Shown: positions 47,210-57,557 of the stretch, in pieces
Numbering within the stretch: the first letter of the stretch is position 1
Layout: each line of letters starts with the position of its first letter
Source of the DNA: Armatimonadota bacterium
GTDB lineage: Bacteria > Armatimonadota > Fimbriimonadia > Fimbriimonadales > GBS-DC
Length of the DNA: 64,000 nucleotides
Direction: 5' to 3'
Assembly (NCBI GenBank): GCA_037445735.1
Contig: JBBIJY010000003.1
Location: 32,001 to 96,000, forward strand
The notes under the pieces: generated by a model
Told to the model about the DNA's origin: nothing
Seen by the model: only the letters and a program-made list of their open reading frames with translations
Database searches by the model: none
Position numbers and translations under genes: made by a program

Positions 47210-47638
47210 TCACCAGCGGCGTGCCCCACCACAGCGACTGACCTCGTAGCGATAGACCTCCGCCAGACCCCGATAGGGATTGTTCTCCCACGCCCGCTTG
47301 AGCTTCGAAATGGCAAACTTGAGCGTCTTCGCCACCGCCTGCTTGGAGATTTTGAGCTGCTTGCCAATCTCCTGCAGAGTCCAGCCGCTCAGATAGCGCT
47401 CGCATACATAGCGCTGACGCGGCGTCAGATCCGCCCGATCGAGCACCGCCTCGATCTCGACCCGCTCGAAATATTCCACCGCCACATCCGGCACCGCCAC
47501 ATGCTCGCCCAGCTCGGTCTGCCGACGACGATGACGGCGCAACTTGCGCTCGAACGAATCCTCGCGCGTGAACGGGTACTCCCCGTTACGCTCCGACGCA
47601 ATCACAAACTCCGGCTCCATCGGCTCCTTCAGTGCCAT
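47210..47638 (-). CDS. small protein with sigma70 region 4-like HTH
   Basis: LTPRQR...GWTLQEIGKQLKISKQAVAK...AISKLK; no region 2. Confidence 0.75.
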   Translation of the reverse strand: MALKEPMEPEFVIASERNGEYPFTREDSFERKLRRHRRRQTELGEHVAVPDVAVEYFERVEIEAVLDRADLTPRQRYVCERYLSGWTLQEIGKQLKISKQAVAKTLKFAISKLKRAWENNPYRGLAEVYRYEVSRCGGARRW

Positions 47639-47733
47639 AGCGAATCCCTCCGTTTGTTAAAGGACATCTGGTAGATATTTGTATACCATTCCGCCTGCAG
47701 GATTCCTGCTTTGTCGGCGCGAATCGATCCCAT

Positions 47734-48204
47734 GTGGACGCGAAAAAGAGCCTGCAGGAGACCTACGCGCCGAACAGCACCTGCTACGGCTGTGGACCTG
47801 CCAACCCGAAGGGACTGCGCATCCGCAGCTTTGTGGAGGGCGAGCAACTGATCGCCGAGTGGCAGCCTGAAGCCTATCACGAGGCGTTTCCTGGCGCACT
47901 GAACGGCGGCGTTATCGGCACCCTGCTCGATTGCCACTGCAACTGGGCAGCCGCCTATCACCTGATGCAGACGCAGGGACTGGCTCATCCGCCCGCAACC
48001 GTTACGGCGGAGTACCACATCCGCCTGTTGCGTCCCACGCCGACCGATGAGCCGGTGCGCCTGATCGCGCGCGTGGTGGAGACGAAGGGCAACCGTGTGG
48101 TGGTGGAAGGCGAGCTGTGGGCAAAGGGACAGCTCTGCGCCACCTGCCGCGGGCTGTTCGTGGCAGTGCCGCCCGACCACCCCGCTTACCACCGCTGGGA
48201 TTGA
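47734..48204 (+). CDS. PaaI-family thioesterase
   Basis: CYGCGPANPKGL, GALNGGVIGTLLD, hot-dog fold pattern. Confidence 0.88.
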   Translation: MDAKKSLQETYAPNSTCYGCGPANPKGLRIRSFVEGEQLIAEWQPEAYHEAFPGALNGGVIGTLLDCHCNWAAAYHLMQTQGLAHPPATVTAEYHIRLLRPTPTDEPVRLIARVVETKGNRVVVEGELWAKGQLCATCRGLFVAVPPDHPAYHRWD

Positions 48205-48253
48205 TCGCCACTTTCGGGGGAGCAGAAGCGTATAATCTATAAGGAGGCTCGGT

Positions 48254-49387
48254 ATGACTATCCATCGCTTCATGTACTGGCTGTTCGTGGCAGTCGGGAT
48301 GGTGCTGTTCGCCACAGTGGGCTTCTTGCTGACGGACCCCTTTTTGCGGATGGTGAGCGCGCGGTGGGGTAGCGATGTGGCAATCTCGCCGCTCTGGACA
48401 CGAATTGGGTTCACAACGGCGGGGCTGTTGTTGGGCATTCTGGTGGGCAATCACGGCTTCCAACTGCTGTCGCGTGTGGCGCAACATCTGGAGGAGGCGG
48501 AACCCGATGAGAAGCTGGCAATCGGGCTGGGATTGATCTCGGCAGCGATTATCACCTTCGCGCTCTATCCCCTGCTGTTCGCGATTGGCGGCGCACGGCT
48601 GGGCTGGGCGCTCACCCTGCTCGCCTTCACCGTGCTGGTCTACCTCAGCGTGGTTAGCTTCCTGAGCATGAAAGAGTACCTGCCGCTCACCGCGCAGATG
48701 GCGCGCCGCTCGCGCGGCATCAAGGTGCTGGACACCAGCGTGATTATCGACGGGCGAATCCGCGACATCTGGCGCTCAGGCTTCCTGGAAGGACGCCTCT
48801 ATGTGCCCGGCTTCGTGCTGGACGAACTGCAGCATATCGCCGATTCGGAAGACCCGCTGCGCCGCGCCCGCGGACGACGCGGGCTGGAAGTGCTCAAGCA
48901 GCTCCAGCAGGAAGCCGAACTGGAGGTGCGCACGCACGACCGACTCGCGCCGCCTGCCAACGACGATGTGGACGCGCGACTGGTGCGACTGGCAAAAGCG
49001 CTGCGAGCCGACATCATCACCAACGATTATAACCTGAACCGCGTGGCGGAACTGCAGGGCGTGCGCGTGCTGAACATCAACGAACTCGCTGAAGCCGTGC
49101 GAATCCATGTGCTGCCCGGCGAGGAACTGACCGTCACCCCCATCCGCGAGGGGCAGGAACCAGAGCAGGGCATCGCCTACCTCGAAGACGGCACGATGGT
49201 GGTGGTCGAAGGCGGGCGACCCTACATCCAGCAAGCCATCGATGTGGTCGTCACCAGCGTGCTGCAGTCCACGCGCGGCAAAATGATTTTCGCCGAACCC
49301 AAACAGTGGAGCGACTCAACAGAAGGTGGCACCGACTATGGTACACGCCCTTATCCTGGCAGCCGGAAGCGGCGCCCGCTACGGTAA
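48254..49387 (+). CDS. membrane PIN/TRAM-domain protein (YacL-like)
   Basis: 4 [37 protein letters not shown]; precedes ispD. Confidence 0.92.
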   Translation: MTIHRFMYWLFVAVGMVLFATVGFLLTDPFLRMVSARWGSDVAISPLWTRIGFTTAGLLLGILVGNHGFQLLSRVAQHLEEAEPDEKLAIGLGLISAAIITFALYPLLFAIGGARLGWALTLLAFTVLVYLSVVSFLSMKEYLPLTAQMARRSRGIKVLDTSVIIDGRIRDIWRSGFLEGRLYVPGFVLDELQHIADSEDPLRRARGRRGLEVLKQLQQEAELEVRTHDRLAPPANDDVDARLVRLAKALRADIITNDYNLNRVAELQGVRVLNINELAEAVRIHVLPGEELTVTPIREGQEPEQGIAYLEDGTMVVVEGGRPYIQQAIDVVVTSVLQSTRGKMIFAEPKQWSDSTEGGTDYGTRPYPGSRKRRPLR

Positions 49388-50612
49388 GCCCGACAAGCTC
49401 TGGCTCCCCCTGCACGGGCGACCGCTCTGGTGGCATGCCGTTCGGCAACTGCTCACCCACCCGCAGGTGTCGGGCGCCACGCTGGTCGTCGCGCCCGGCG
49501 ATGAACCCCGCTTCCAGTCGGAACTTGCCCAAGCCTCTCCTCTGTTGGGAGAGGTTTCGGCATCCCCGTCTCCCCTCGGGGGAGAAACTCCTACATCCCC
49601 CTCTCCCCTCGGGGGAGAGGGTACGGGTGCGGGGCAACCTGCTAAACATGTGCAAATCTGCGGTGTCGGCGGTGCGACTCGCCAGCAAAGCGTGCGCCAC
49701 GGGCTGAGCTGCGTGCCGCCCGACGCCGCATGGATTGCCGTTCACGACGCCGCGCGCCCGCTGCCCTCGCACGCGCTGCTCGACCGCCTCTTCGCCTGCG
49801 CTCGCGATTATGGCGCCGCCATCCCCGTGCTGCCCGTGTACGACACGCTCAAACGCCTCACCGAAAACGGACAGGCGGCGCAAACCCTTCCGCGTGAAGG
49901 CGTCTATCGCGTGCAGACACCGCAGGTGTTCCGCACCGACTGGCTGCGCGACGCCCACCAGCGCGCGCTCGAAGCAGGTCTCGACAACGCGCCCGACGAC
50001 GCCTTCCTGCTGGAGCAGGCAGGCTACCCTGTTCACACCGTACCCGGCGACACGCTCAACCTCAAAATCACCACGCCCGACGACTATCACCGGCTCATCA
50101 ACCATGTGGAGGGCACGATGCAGATTCGCACCGGAATCGGGTATGATATACATCCCCTCGTGGAGGGGCGCAAACTGGTGCTGGGAGGTCTGGAAATCGA
50201 ACACGCGCTGGGTCTAAAGGGGCATTCGGACGCCGATGTGGTGCTGCACGCTATCTGCGACGCGCTGCTGGGCGCCGCCGCGCTCGGCGACATCGGGCAA
50301 CATTTTCCCAACACCGACCCGCGCTGGAAAGACATCAGCAGCCTCGTGCTGCTCCAGCGCGTGCAGCAGATGCTTGCCGAACACGGCTGGCAAATCGCCC
50401 ATATCGATGCGACCATCCTCGCAGAAGCGCCCCGACTGGCGCCCCACATCCCCGCCATGCGCGCCCGAATCGCGCACGCCCTGAACCTCGCGCCCGAACA
50501 GGTCAGCATCAAGGCGACCACCAACGAAGGGCTGGACGCTATCGGCAAACAGCAGGCAATCGCCTGCCACGCCGTCGCCACCATCTACCAACCACGCACA
50601 CCTGCCGATTGA
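49338..50612 (+). CDS. ispDF: bifunctional IspD/IspF
   Basis: [52 protein letters not shown]. Confidence 0.95.
   Translation: MVHALILAAGSGARYGKPDKLWLPLHGRPLWWHAVRQLLTHPQVSGATLVVAPGDEPRFQSELAQASPLLGEVSASPSPLGGETPTSPSPLGGEGTGAGQPAKHVQICGVGGATRQQSVRHGLSCVPPDAAWIAVHDAARPLPSHALLDRLFACARDYGAAIPVLPVYDTLKRLTENGQAAQTLPREGVYRVQTPQVFRTDWLRDAHQRALEAGLDNAPDDAFLLEQAGYPVHTVPGDTLNLKITTPDDYHRLINHVEGTMQIRTGIGYDIHPLVEGRKLVLGGLEIEHALGLKGHSDADVVLHAICDALLGAAALGDIGQHFPNTDPRWKDISSLVLLQRVQQMLAEHGWQIAHIDATILAEAPRLAPHIPAMRARIAHALNLAPEQVSIKATTNEGLDAIGKQQAIACHAVATIYQPRTPAD
49533..49635. repeat. three palindromic repeat units inserted in-frame in the IspD domain
   Basis: Ends CCCCCTCTCCCCTCGGGGGAGAGGGTACGGGTGCGGGG; encodes [33 protein letters not shown]. 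Confidence 0.9.
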
Positions 50613-50623
50613 GGAGGTTCACC

Positions 50624-51202
50624 ATGGCAAAACAGCGACGCAAAGAGGTCGAAATCGGCGATATTACCATTCGAAGCCCGCATGATGAGTTGCCTGCCGA
50701 CGCAAAGGCGTACATCGAACGCAAACTGCGCAAATTGACCCGATTTTTCCATCGCATCCTGTGGATTGAGGTCACACACGAGTTCCAGCGCGGACAGCAC
50801 AGCATCTCCATCCACCTCGAAAGCGCCGATGGGCACCGCTTCCACTACGCCGAGCGCGCCGCCGAGCTGCGGGTGGCGGTCGACGCCGCCGTGCAGGGGC
50901 TGGAGCACCAGCTGACGCGCTATAAAGAGCGCCTGCAACGCGGCAGCGATCGCCGCACACGCACCGAGCGCGAATCGCTGCCTATCGCCGCCACAGAAGC
51001 CAGCGAAGAAGAGGAATCGAACCCCACACTGGTACGCAGGCGAGTGGTGAGCCTCAAGCCGATGCCCGTCGAAGAAGCCTTACTGCAGGCGGAGCTGGAA
51101 GAGGAGCCGTTCTATGTGTTCTATGACGGCGATACCGACCGCATCTGCCTGCTGGTGCGACTCCAGCCAGGCAGATACGAGCTGCGCGAGTTCGCCCTGT
51201 AA
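50624..51202 (+). CDS. hpf: ribosome hibernation promotion factor (long HPF)
   Basis: YIERKLRKL, AVDAAV...QLTRYKER, KPMPVEEA...FYVF. Confidence 0.9.
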   Translation: MAKQRRKEVEIGDITIRSPHDELPADAKAYIERKLRKLTRFFHRILWIEVTHEFQRGQHSISIHLESADGHRFHYAERAAELRVAVDAAVQGLEHQLTRYKERLQRGSDRRTRTERESLPIAATEASEEEESNPTLVRRRVVSLKPMPVEEALLQAELEEEPFYVFYDGDTDRICLLVRLQPGRYELREFAL

Positions 51203-51214
51203 GCCTGCTCAAGA

Positions 51215-52252
51215 TTACTGATTCGGGTCGGGCGCGCTGCTATCAGGTATCGATGACTGCCACAGGCGTTCCAGCTGCTGCTCGAACGCATCAAGGTTGT
51301 CGACTATCGCGGCTTGCCGACAGAGAGTATTCAGAACCTCCAGTGAATTGATCCGACGCACCTTGTCCTGGAGCGATTCGGGCAGCACACCGAATCGGGT
51401 CTCCAGAACCCCCAGAATAGCGTCTTGCAGTCCCTGCTTCAGTCCCTGCTGCAGTCCCTGCTGCAGCCCCTGCTGCAGCCCCTGTTGCAGTCCCTGCTCC
51501 AACCCTTCGCGAATAATGATGCGCTCGAAGTTGCTGATATAGCGCACGCCCTCTTCGCGCAGCCGACGCAGGTAGCCCTGATAGGTCTCTTCCAACAGCT
51601 CCGGTAGTCTCATAAACCAGTCCACCAGCCTCAGCAATTGTACTGCTGCGTTAAAATCATACCCTCTTTCAATCAGCAAGCGCGTCAGGCGAATCTTTTC
51701 ACTCAGGCGTAACTCTGGCGTACCGCGTGTCCGCACAGCTTGCCGATAGGTCAGAATCACCAGCGCGAACGGGTTCGGACTCTGCTCCAGCACCTGCTCG
51801 TCCATGTCCAGCAGCTTGACTATTGGGAAGCGGAACCGAAGCTCGCAGCCCGCTAACTCGTGTCGATACTCGCGCGGACGCCAGTTGCGATTCTCGTCGG
51901 CTAAAATCGCAACGCTTATCACAGGGCGTCGAAACTGAAGCCAGATTCTTGCATGGTAAGCGTACATCCGCTCGGCAAATTCTGCCTCCGACTGCGACTG
52001 CACCTCCACATGGATCAGCACCCACTGCTCGCTGCCATCCTTCAGATAGACCTGCACGAGCTTGTCCACCATCTGGCGCCGTGTGCGGCTGTCAGGCAAC
52101 AGACGCCGCAGTTCGCTCTCCAAAAAGGTGAACCCTCGTGTCCAATCCACCAGCGCGTGCAGATGGGGAAAGCAAAGTGCCAGACACGGCTCCAGAAAAT
52201 GTTCCAGAGCCTCTTTCCAGGGACTATCGTACTCGACAACGCGCCGTGCCAC
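51215..52252 (-). CDS. Rpn/YhgA-like PD-(D/E)XK protein with C-terminal tetrapeptide repeats
   Basis: YDSPWKE, VDKLV, IHVEVQ, FAERM, ER...(G-L-x-Q)n, LETRFG. Confidence 0.85.
   Translation of the reverse strand: MARRVVEYDSPWKEALEHFLEPCLALCFPHLHALVDWTRGFTFLESELRRLLPDSRTRRQMVDKLVQVYLKDGSEQWVLIHVEVQSQSEAEFAERMYAYHARIWLQFRRPVISVAILADENRNWRPREYRHELAGCELRFRFPIVKLLDMDEQVLEQSPNPFALVILTYRQAVRTRGTPELRLSEKIRLTRLLIERGYDFNAAVQLLRLVDWFMRLPELLEETYQGYLRRLREEGVRYISNFERIIIREGLEQGLQQGLQQGLQQGLQQGLKQGLQDAILGVLETRFGVLPESLQDKVRRINSLEVLNTLCRQAAIVDNLDAFEQQLERLWQSSIPDSSAPDPNQ
51425..51505 (-). repeat. 12-bp tandem repeats encoding GLQQ-type units (about 6-7)
   Basis: (CAGTCCCTGCTG / CAGCCCCTGCTG)n on the plus strand. 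Confidence 0.9.
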
Positions 52253-52256
52253 GGAG

Positions 52257-52508
52257 CTACGCCGGAATCACGCTCACCCGACGGCGATGGCGCGGTCCCT
52301 CAAAGCGCACATAGCCGTCCACCAGCGCGAACAGCGTGTCGTCCTTGCCACGACCCACATTCGCGCCCGGATGGAAGCGCGTGCCACGCTGACGCACAAT
52401 AATGTGCCCCGCACGCACAAACTCGCCGCCGTACTCCTTCACGCCCAGAAACTTCGGATTGCTATCCCGACCGTTTCGAGTGCTGCCACCAGCTTTCTTG
52501 CTTGCCAT
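52257..52508 (-). CDS. rpmA: 50S ribosomal protein L27
   Basis: [24 protein letters not shown]. Confidence 0.99.
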   Translation of the reverse strand: MASKKAGGSTRNGRDSNPKFLGVKEYGGEFVRAGHIIVRQRGTRFHPGANVGRGKDDTLFALVDGYVRFEGPRHRRRVSVIPA

Positions 52509-52532
52509 ATCGCTACCTCCTTCCGATTCGCA

Positions 52533-53312
52533 TTATACCTCATACGCGATCTCCACCACCTGCCCATCGTAAGCCAGCGCCACGCCCGCTGGTAACTGAG
52601 CGTTCACCCGCTCATAGTCAAAGGCGTGCGTGAGATGCGTGAACAGCGTGCGCTTCGGCTGCAACGCCGCCACCACCTGCAACGCCTGCTCCAGATTGAA
52701 ATGGGTCGGGTGCGGGTCGTAGCGTAAAGCATCCAGAATCAGCAGCTCCAGCCCCTGCAACCGCGCGAAGCTTTCGGGCGGAATATAGCTCACATCCGTC
52801 ACATAGGCGAAGTTGCCCACACGAAACGCCAGGATCGGCATCTCACCATGAAACACGCGCAACGGCTCGATGCGCAACGCGCCAATCGCCAGTATGCCCG
52901 TGATTTCGCGGAACTCTATCTGCGGCGTGCTGGTGCCCGGCGGGAACGGAAAGAACACATAGCGAAACACGCGCTGTAAATCGTCCAGCGCCGTCGCCTC
53001 TGCATACACGGGGATAGGCTTGCCCGTGCGCAGTGTGAAGCCCCGCACATCGTCCAGCCCCATAATGTGGTCGGCGTGCGTGTGCGTGATCAGCACGGCG
53101 TCCAGACGCTCATCGAGGCGCGTGGCAATGAGCTGCAGGCGCAGTTCGGGTGGTGCATCAATCAACACGCAGGTATCACCCGCCTGCAGATGAACGCTGG
53201 GGCGCGTGCGCTGATTGCGTGGGTCGCTCGATGTGCAGACCGCGCAGCGGCAGCCCAGCTGCGGCACGCCCATCGATGTGCCACAGCCCAGCACCGTGAC
53301 GCGCAACTTCAC
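52533..53312 (-). CDS. MBL-fold metallo-hydrolase (PhnP-like)
   Basis: [10 protein letters not shown], CxCxxC, THTHADH, AYDG. Confidence 0.9.
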   Translation of the reverse strand: MKLRVTVLGCGTSMGVPQLGCRCAVCTSSDPRNQRTRPSVHLQAGDTCVLIDAPPELRLQLIATRLDERLDAVLITHTHADHIMGLDDVRGFTLRTGKPIPVYAEATALDDLQRVFRYVFFPFPPGTSTPQIEFREITGILAIGALRIEPLRVFHGEMPILAFRVGNFAYVTDVSYIPPESFARLQGLELLILDALRYDPHPTHFNLEQALQVVAALQPKRTLFTHLTHAFDYERVNAQLPAGVALAYDGQVVEIAYEV

Positions 53313-53314
53313 GC

Positions 53315-54319
53315 TCAGCCCTCCTTCTCCCGATGCAGAATCTCCAGCGCATGGCGCAGCGTGGGCACCAGCCGATTGGCGACCGCCTGCGCCGCCACCG
53401 CAATCGCCTGACGCACCGCGTACCGATCCGAGCGCCCATGCCCGATAATGCACACCCCATCCACACCCAGCAACGGCGCACCCCCATACTCGCGATAATC
53501 GAGGCGACGCTTGATGCGGTCAAACGCGGGCTTCAGCAGCGCCAGCGGGATGCGGTTGAGCACATTGCGGGTCAGCTCCTCCTTCACAATCTTGAGGATG
53601 GTCTCCGCCACACCCTCGCCCGTCTTCAAAAACACATTGCCCACGAAGCCGTCGCACACCACTACATCGGCAACGCCCTCAAAAAAGCTCTTGCCCTCCA
53701 CATTGCCCACAAACTCATCCTTCAGGTGGGTCTGCAGCAGCTGGTACGCCTCTTTGGTGAGCGTGTTGCCTTTGGTGGCTTCCTCACCGATGTTGAGCAG
53801 TCCGACGCGCGGGCTGGGGATTTCCAGCACCTGCGCGGCGTAGATTTGACCCATCAGCGCGAAGTCGAGCAGATGGCGCGGCGTGCAATCGACGGTGGCG
53901 CCGCTGTCCAGCAGCACGCAGCGCCCCGCGTAGGTGGGCAGCACAGTGGCAATGGCGGGGCGATCCACATAGGGCAGGCTACCCCACAGCAGTTTGGCGA
54001 CCACACCCACCGCGCCCGTGTTGCCCATCGATACCAGCGCATCCGCCTCGCCTCGCTTCACCATCTGCGCTGCGACCACCAGCGACGAATCGCGCTTGCG
54101 CCGCACCGCCATCACCGGCGAATCGTCCATCGTGATGACCTGCGAGGCGTGCTGCAGATGCAGGTTCGGCGGGCGACGGCGCGGCAGCAACGGCTCGATC
54201 TGCGCGGCGTCGCCCACCAGCACAATCTCGAAGCTCACCTGCCGCGCCGACTCCAGCGCACCCAGCACAATCTCCTGAGGGGCGTAATCGCCCCCCATCG
54301 CGTCCACCGCAATGCGCAT
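53315..54319 (-). CDS. plsX: phosphate acyltransferase
   Basis: IAVDAMGGDYAP, NIGEE, CDGFVGN, GGAPLLG, HGRS. Confidence 0.97.
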   Translation of the reverse strand: MRIAVDAMGGDYAPQEIVLGALESARQVSFEIVLVGDAAQIEPLLPRRRPPNLHLQHASQVITMDDSPVMAVRRKRDSSLVVAAQMVKRGEADALVSMGNTGAVGVVAKLLWGSLPYVDRPAIATVLPTYAGRCVLLDSGATVDCTPRHLLDFALMGQIYAAQVLEIPSPRVGLLNIGEEATKGNTLTKEAYQLLQTHLKDEFVGNVEGKSFFEGVADVVVCDGFVGNVFLKTGEGVAETILKIVKEELTRNVLNRIPLALLKPAFDRIKRRLDYREYGGAPLLGVDGVCIIGHGRSDRYAVRQAIAVAAQAVANRLVPTLRHALEILHREKEG

Positions 54320-54516
54320 CACTCTTCAGTATCCACGCCCACAATCGCCTGTCGATACTTGCGTCCGCGATAGTAGCCGCATACAGGGCAGGCGCGATGT
54401 GGCAGGTGCAACTCCCCACACTGCCGACACCGGCTCAGCCCGGGCACCTCCAGCCTGTAATGCGTGCGGCGTTTCGCCCCGCGCGTATGAGTGTGTCGTC
54501 GTTTCGGATTCGCCAT
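54319..54516 (-). CDS. rpmF: 50S ribosomal protein L32 (Zn-binding form)
   Basis: MANPKRR, CxxC...HRACPVCGYY. Confidence 0.97.
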   Translation of the reverse strand: MANPKRRHTHTRGAKRRTHYRLEVPGLSRCRQCGELHLPHRACPVCGYYRGRKYRQAIVGVDTEE

Positions 54517-54520
54517 CGGT

Positions 54521-55078
54521 TTACCTCCCGTTCTCGTCGTTGTCCTGTTCGCCGTACCAGGCGCGTGCCAGCGCTTCGAACGCAGGATGCCCCTTTCGGG
54601 GCGGGCAACTGCAACTGCCCTCGTTCAGATTCTTGCCACAGCGGGGACATAGCCCCCTGCAATCGGGCTGGCACACAGGCGCTATCGGCAAATGCACAAT
54701 CACATATTGCCGCAACAGCTCATCGGCATACAGTCCGTTGCCCTCGAACACGGGGAACGAGTCCCGATCTTCGACCTCCGCATAGCCCTGAGGGTTCAGC
54801 CCCGCGGGTGTGCCCACCAGCGGGAACTCCTCCTGGATGCGGAACTCGATGGGCTGCCGATAGTAAGTTAAACAGCGTCCGCACTCCAGCCACACCGCCG
54901 TGCGAAACTCGCCTCCGATGCGCAGAATGCGTCCACCACTCTCGGCAATCAGCACGCCCTGTACAGGTTCCGCCAGCGGGGGAGCCTCTTCCCGCTCCAA
55001 CCAGATCTCGATCGGGTACTCGACCCTGCGTCCAGGATGCTGGACCACATCGTTCAAATCCAACCGATACGCTTTCAT
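54521..55078 (-). CDS. YceD/DUF177 family protein
   Basis: CGRCL, CQPDCRGLCPRCG; upstream of rpmF. Confidence 0.92.
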   Translation of the reverse strand: MKAYRLDLNDVVQHPGRRVEYPIEIWLEREEAPPLAEPVQGVLIAESGGRILRIGGEFRTAVWLECGRCLTYYRQPIEFRIQEEFPLVGTPAGLNPQGYAEVEDRDSFPVFEGNGLYADELLRQYVIVHLPIAPVCQPDCRGLCPRCGKNLNEGSCSCPPRKGHPAFEALARAWYGEQDNDENGR

Positions 55079-55143
55079 CGTCGGCTCCCCCTTGATCGGG
55101 CAAAAACCCCCGCCACCCTGACGGCGGTCTTTGACCCCACCCT

Positions 55144-55172
55144 ATTGTACCCGCTCCCATAACCCGTTGCAA
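55144..55172 (-). promoter_or_regulatory. sigma70 promoter of the yceD-rpmF-plsX operon (TTGCAA-N17-TACAAT)
   Basis: Near-consensus boxes with 17-bp spacer. Confidence 0.65.
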
Positions 55173-55192
55173 AACACAGCCCTTCACAAAGC

Positions 55193-55681
55193 TCAGATAA
55201 GCTCCCCAGATGGAATCACACTACCAGCTTCAGGCGAGTTCATGTGAGGATTCCACCGCGCCAAAATTACACGCTTTGGCGTCCGCCCCTGATGCTCTTC
55301 ATAGATTAGTACATCCGAACGTCCAAAAGTGATTAGCAGCTGCTTAAGCGAGTCACTGATTCCTTTAGGCGAAACGATCATTCCTATCTGTGGTTTCACC
55401 ACGCGACAATAGCCAATAATCTGCGAAAGATGAGCAAGCGATATAGGTTTGTTTTTACACTCAATCAAGGCTATCGCGATGTCTTGATTGCCACAGGCAA
55501 AACCGACCACATCCACCTGCACATCCCATGACAGCCACTCATCTGGCAGCAAATTGCCAATACCTGATCGCCTTATAAGGGCATTAAGCCGCTGTGCAGA
55601 ACAGATCGCCGTTCGAATCGAATGTCGGGGATAGCGAGCCTGTAAATAAGCGTGAAGCCATTGCTCCACAGCGGGATACAT
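55193..55681 (-). CDS. small PD-(D/E)XK-like nuclease
   Basis: VDVVG...IECK...Q-x-x-G-Y pattern; low GC. Confidence 0.6.
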   Translation of the reverse strand: MYPAVEQWLHAYLQARYPRHSIRTAICSAQRLNALIRRSGIGNLLPDEWLSWDVQVDVVGFACGNQDIAIALIECKNKPISLAHLSQIIGYCRVVKPQIGMIVSPKGISDSLKQLLITFGRSDVLIYEEHQGRTPKRVILARWNPHMNSPEAGSVIPSGELI

Positions 55682-55701
55682 ATCCTGCTCTCGCTGATAG
55701 C

Positions 55702-56628
55702 TCAGGGCGCATTCACCTCCTGCTCAACATCCTCAAGATAGTCTATGTCCTTTTGAGACGGTCGCTTAGGACAACCTAATTCTCGGCAAATTTGCCAGTA
55801 GGCGTCAAAATGTTTTCCGCAAAGCGCTGCAGGCAAGTAATTCGAATCCCCTTCACGCTGATCATCAGGCTTACGCTTTCTCACCCGTCGCTCGCCCGGA
55901 CATGAGGCATAACGAGCGTTCGGGAAATTTGTACGATCACACTCTGCCAACTCCTCCAGTACTCTCTGCTTATGCCTGAAATTGAAGCCAATCTTCAAAA
56001 ATGGAACTGCGAAAATGTTCAGCTGATGCTCACGAAAATCCCTGCCCATGTTTGGATGTCCCCAAGTAATCAACTGAACAGGCACATCCAGATGATCCTG
56101 AAGAAGTTGACACAGTTGAACAAGCAATTGCCAGTTTTCTCTGTAGTTGAGAACATCCAAACGGACGCGATTGCGTCCATCAACATACCGATTCGCCTGG
56201 CGAATGTTGCCTGCCACATCCGCAAAGCCACGCAAAAACTCGCGCTTCCATTCAGCAGGAGTTTGAACATTCAACAGAAACTCAGGAACCCTGAAAGCCC
56301 CAAAGTGCGCGGGGTCACCCAGCATCCAGCGAATATTACGCCACATCATGTTGTTGCGGTGAAAGCGCACTAATAATCTGTGAGTGCCCTGACCACTGTC
56401 AATAATATCGATATCAGTTTCCAGGAGGTTACGCAGACGAAACGAAATATCGACCAGCCCCAGCTTAATCTCCGTTGGCTGGTCAAAAACCTCCTGTATG
56501 CCTTCAACCTGCATGGTGGAGCCAGGAAACTCAATGATGATGCGGCGCTCATCATTCTGCTCAACGAGCTGCCCTCGCGCCACAATCAGCCCTAAGAGAT
56601 AGGCAACATCAGCATCACAGTAGTCCAT
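55702..56628 (-). CDS. hypothetical protein with two LAGLIDADG-like helices
   Basis: AYLLGLIVARG and EFLRGFADVAG; located between the MTase and nuclease. Confidence 0.5.
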   Translation of the reverse strand: MDYCDADVAYLLGLIVARGQLVEQNDERRIIIEFPGSTMQVEGIQEVFDQPTEIKLGLVDISFRLRNLLETDIDIIDSGQGTHRLLVRFHRNNMMWRNIRWMLGDPAHFGAFRVPEFLLNVQTPAEWKREFLRGFADVAGNIRQANRYVDGRNRVRLDVLNYRENWQLLVQLCQLLQDHLDVPVQLITWGHPNMGRDFREHQLNIFAVPFLKIGFNFRHKQRVLEELAECDRTNFPNARYASCPGERRVRKRKPDDQREGDSNYLPAALCGKHFDAYWQICRELGCPKRPSQKDIDYLEDVEQEVNAP

Positions 56629-56637
56629 GCCGACTCC

Positions 56638-57537
56638 CTATGGCTTCTGAAAAATTAGGATGAACTCATGCACCTTGTTGATTCGAAACACTGATGGATA
56701 ACCCAGCGGACGCAAGTTGTTATACTCATGCCGTCGATCCCAGATTATCAGGTCGTCATAGATAAACCCGATCTCCTGCATCCGCTGCGCAAAATCGGCA
56801 TGGTACGGATAGAAGCGGTTCTTCTTACGAATATCCATCACCACCACGCAGCAATATGCTCCCGATTTGAGAGCCGTGTACACCTTGCGAAAGATCGCTT
56901 GAAGCGCTGCCAGGAACTCCTCATAATCGCGAATTTTGCCCAGATCACGGGCGTCGTCGCCGTAATGACGAACAGGCTTGTAATCCGCTGTACGCTTCTC
57001 CAGCAGAATATCCCAGTAGGGCGGAGAAGTCACCACCAGATCGATGCTCTCTGGTGCAACAAACTGCTCCAGATTGTTTGCATCCCCCACATGCACATGG
57101 CACTCCACCGACTCGCTCTCTTCGTTCCACTCCTGTTCAAGCGTCAGGGCTTGCAAGCGTGCGGTGGCGATTCGGGCATATTCGGGGTTCAGCTCGATGC
57201 CGATTCCGTGCCTGCCCAATCGCCTGGCGGCAATCAGCGTGCTGCCCACCCCCAGAAAAGGGTCTAACACCGTCATCCCCTTTCGGGTGTAACACTCGAT
57301 CAGTCGCGCGGGCAACGCGACAGGGAACATCGCAGGGTGCTTAAGAGCCGCCTCCTCCACAGTTTTGCGAAGGTCGCTCCAGATGGAGATGGAATAGCGT
57401 GTCCATGTGGCGCCATCGAGGTCGTTGGCGCGCTTGACCACATAGGGCACAGCCGCCTCGTCAACCTCTTCCGCATAGAGCAACTCCAGATCGGGCGGCA
57501 GCTCCTGCTCCTCCAGCGAATGAATGGGCTGCTTCAT
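56638..57537 (-). CDS. amino DNA methyltransferase (probably N4-cytosine)
   Basis: HPAMFP, motif I VLDPFLGVGST, GIELNPEY, then motif IV TSPPYW. Confidence 0.9.
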   Translation of the reverse strand: MKQPIHSLEEQELPPDLELLYAEEVDEAAVPYVVKRANDLDGATWTRYSISIWSDLRKTVEEAALKHPAMFPVALPARLIECYTRKGMTVLDPFLGVGSTLIAARRLGRHGIGIELNPEYARIATARLQALTLEQEWNEESESVECHVHVGDANNLEQFVAPESIDLVVTSPPYWDILLEKRTADYKPVRHYGDDARDLGKIRDYEEFLAALQAIFRKVYTALKSGAYCCVVVMDIRKKNRFYPYHADFAQRMQEIGFIYDDLIIWDRRHEYNNLRPLGYPSVFRINKVHEFILIFQKP

Positions 57538-57557
57538 ACTTATATCTTACCCCAAAG

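Noticed and set aside
55098-55132. Attenuator in the yceD leader
   Set aside because: The stem is short (about 5-6 bp) and separated from the U-run; too weak to call.
55702-56628. Intein- or intron-encoded homing endonuclease
   Set aside because: Free-standing ORF with no splicing motifs or interrupted host gene.
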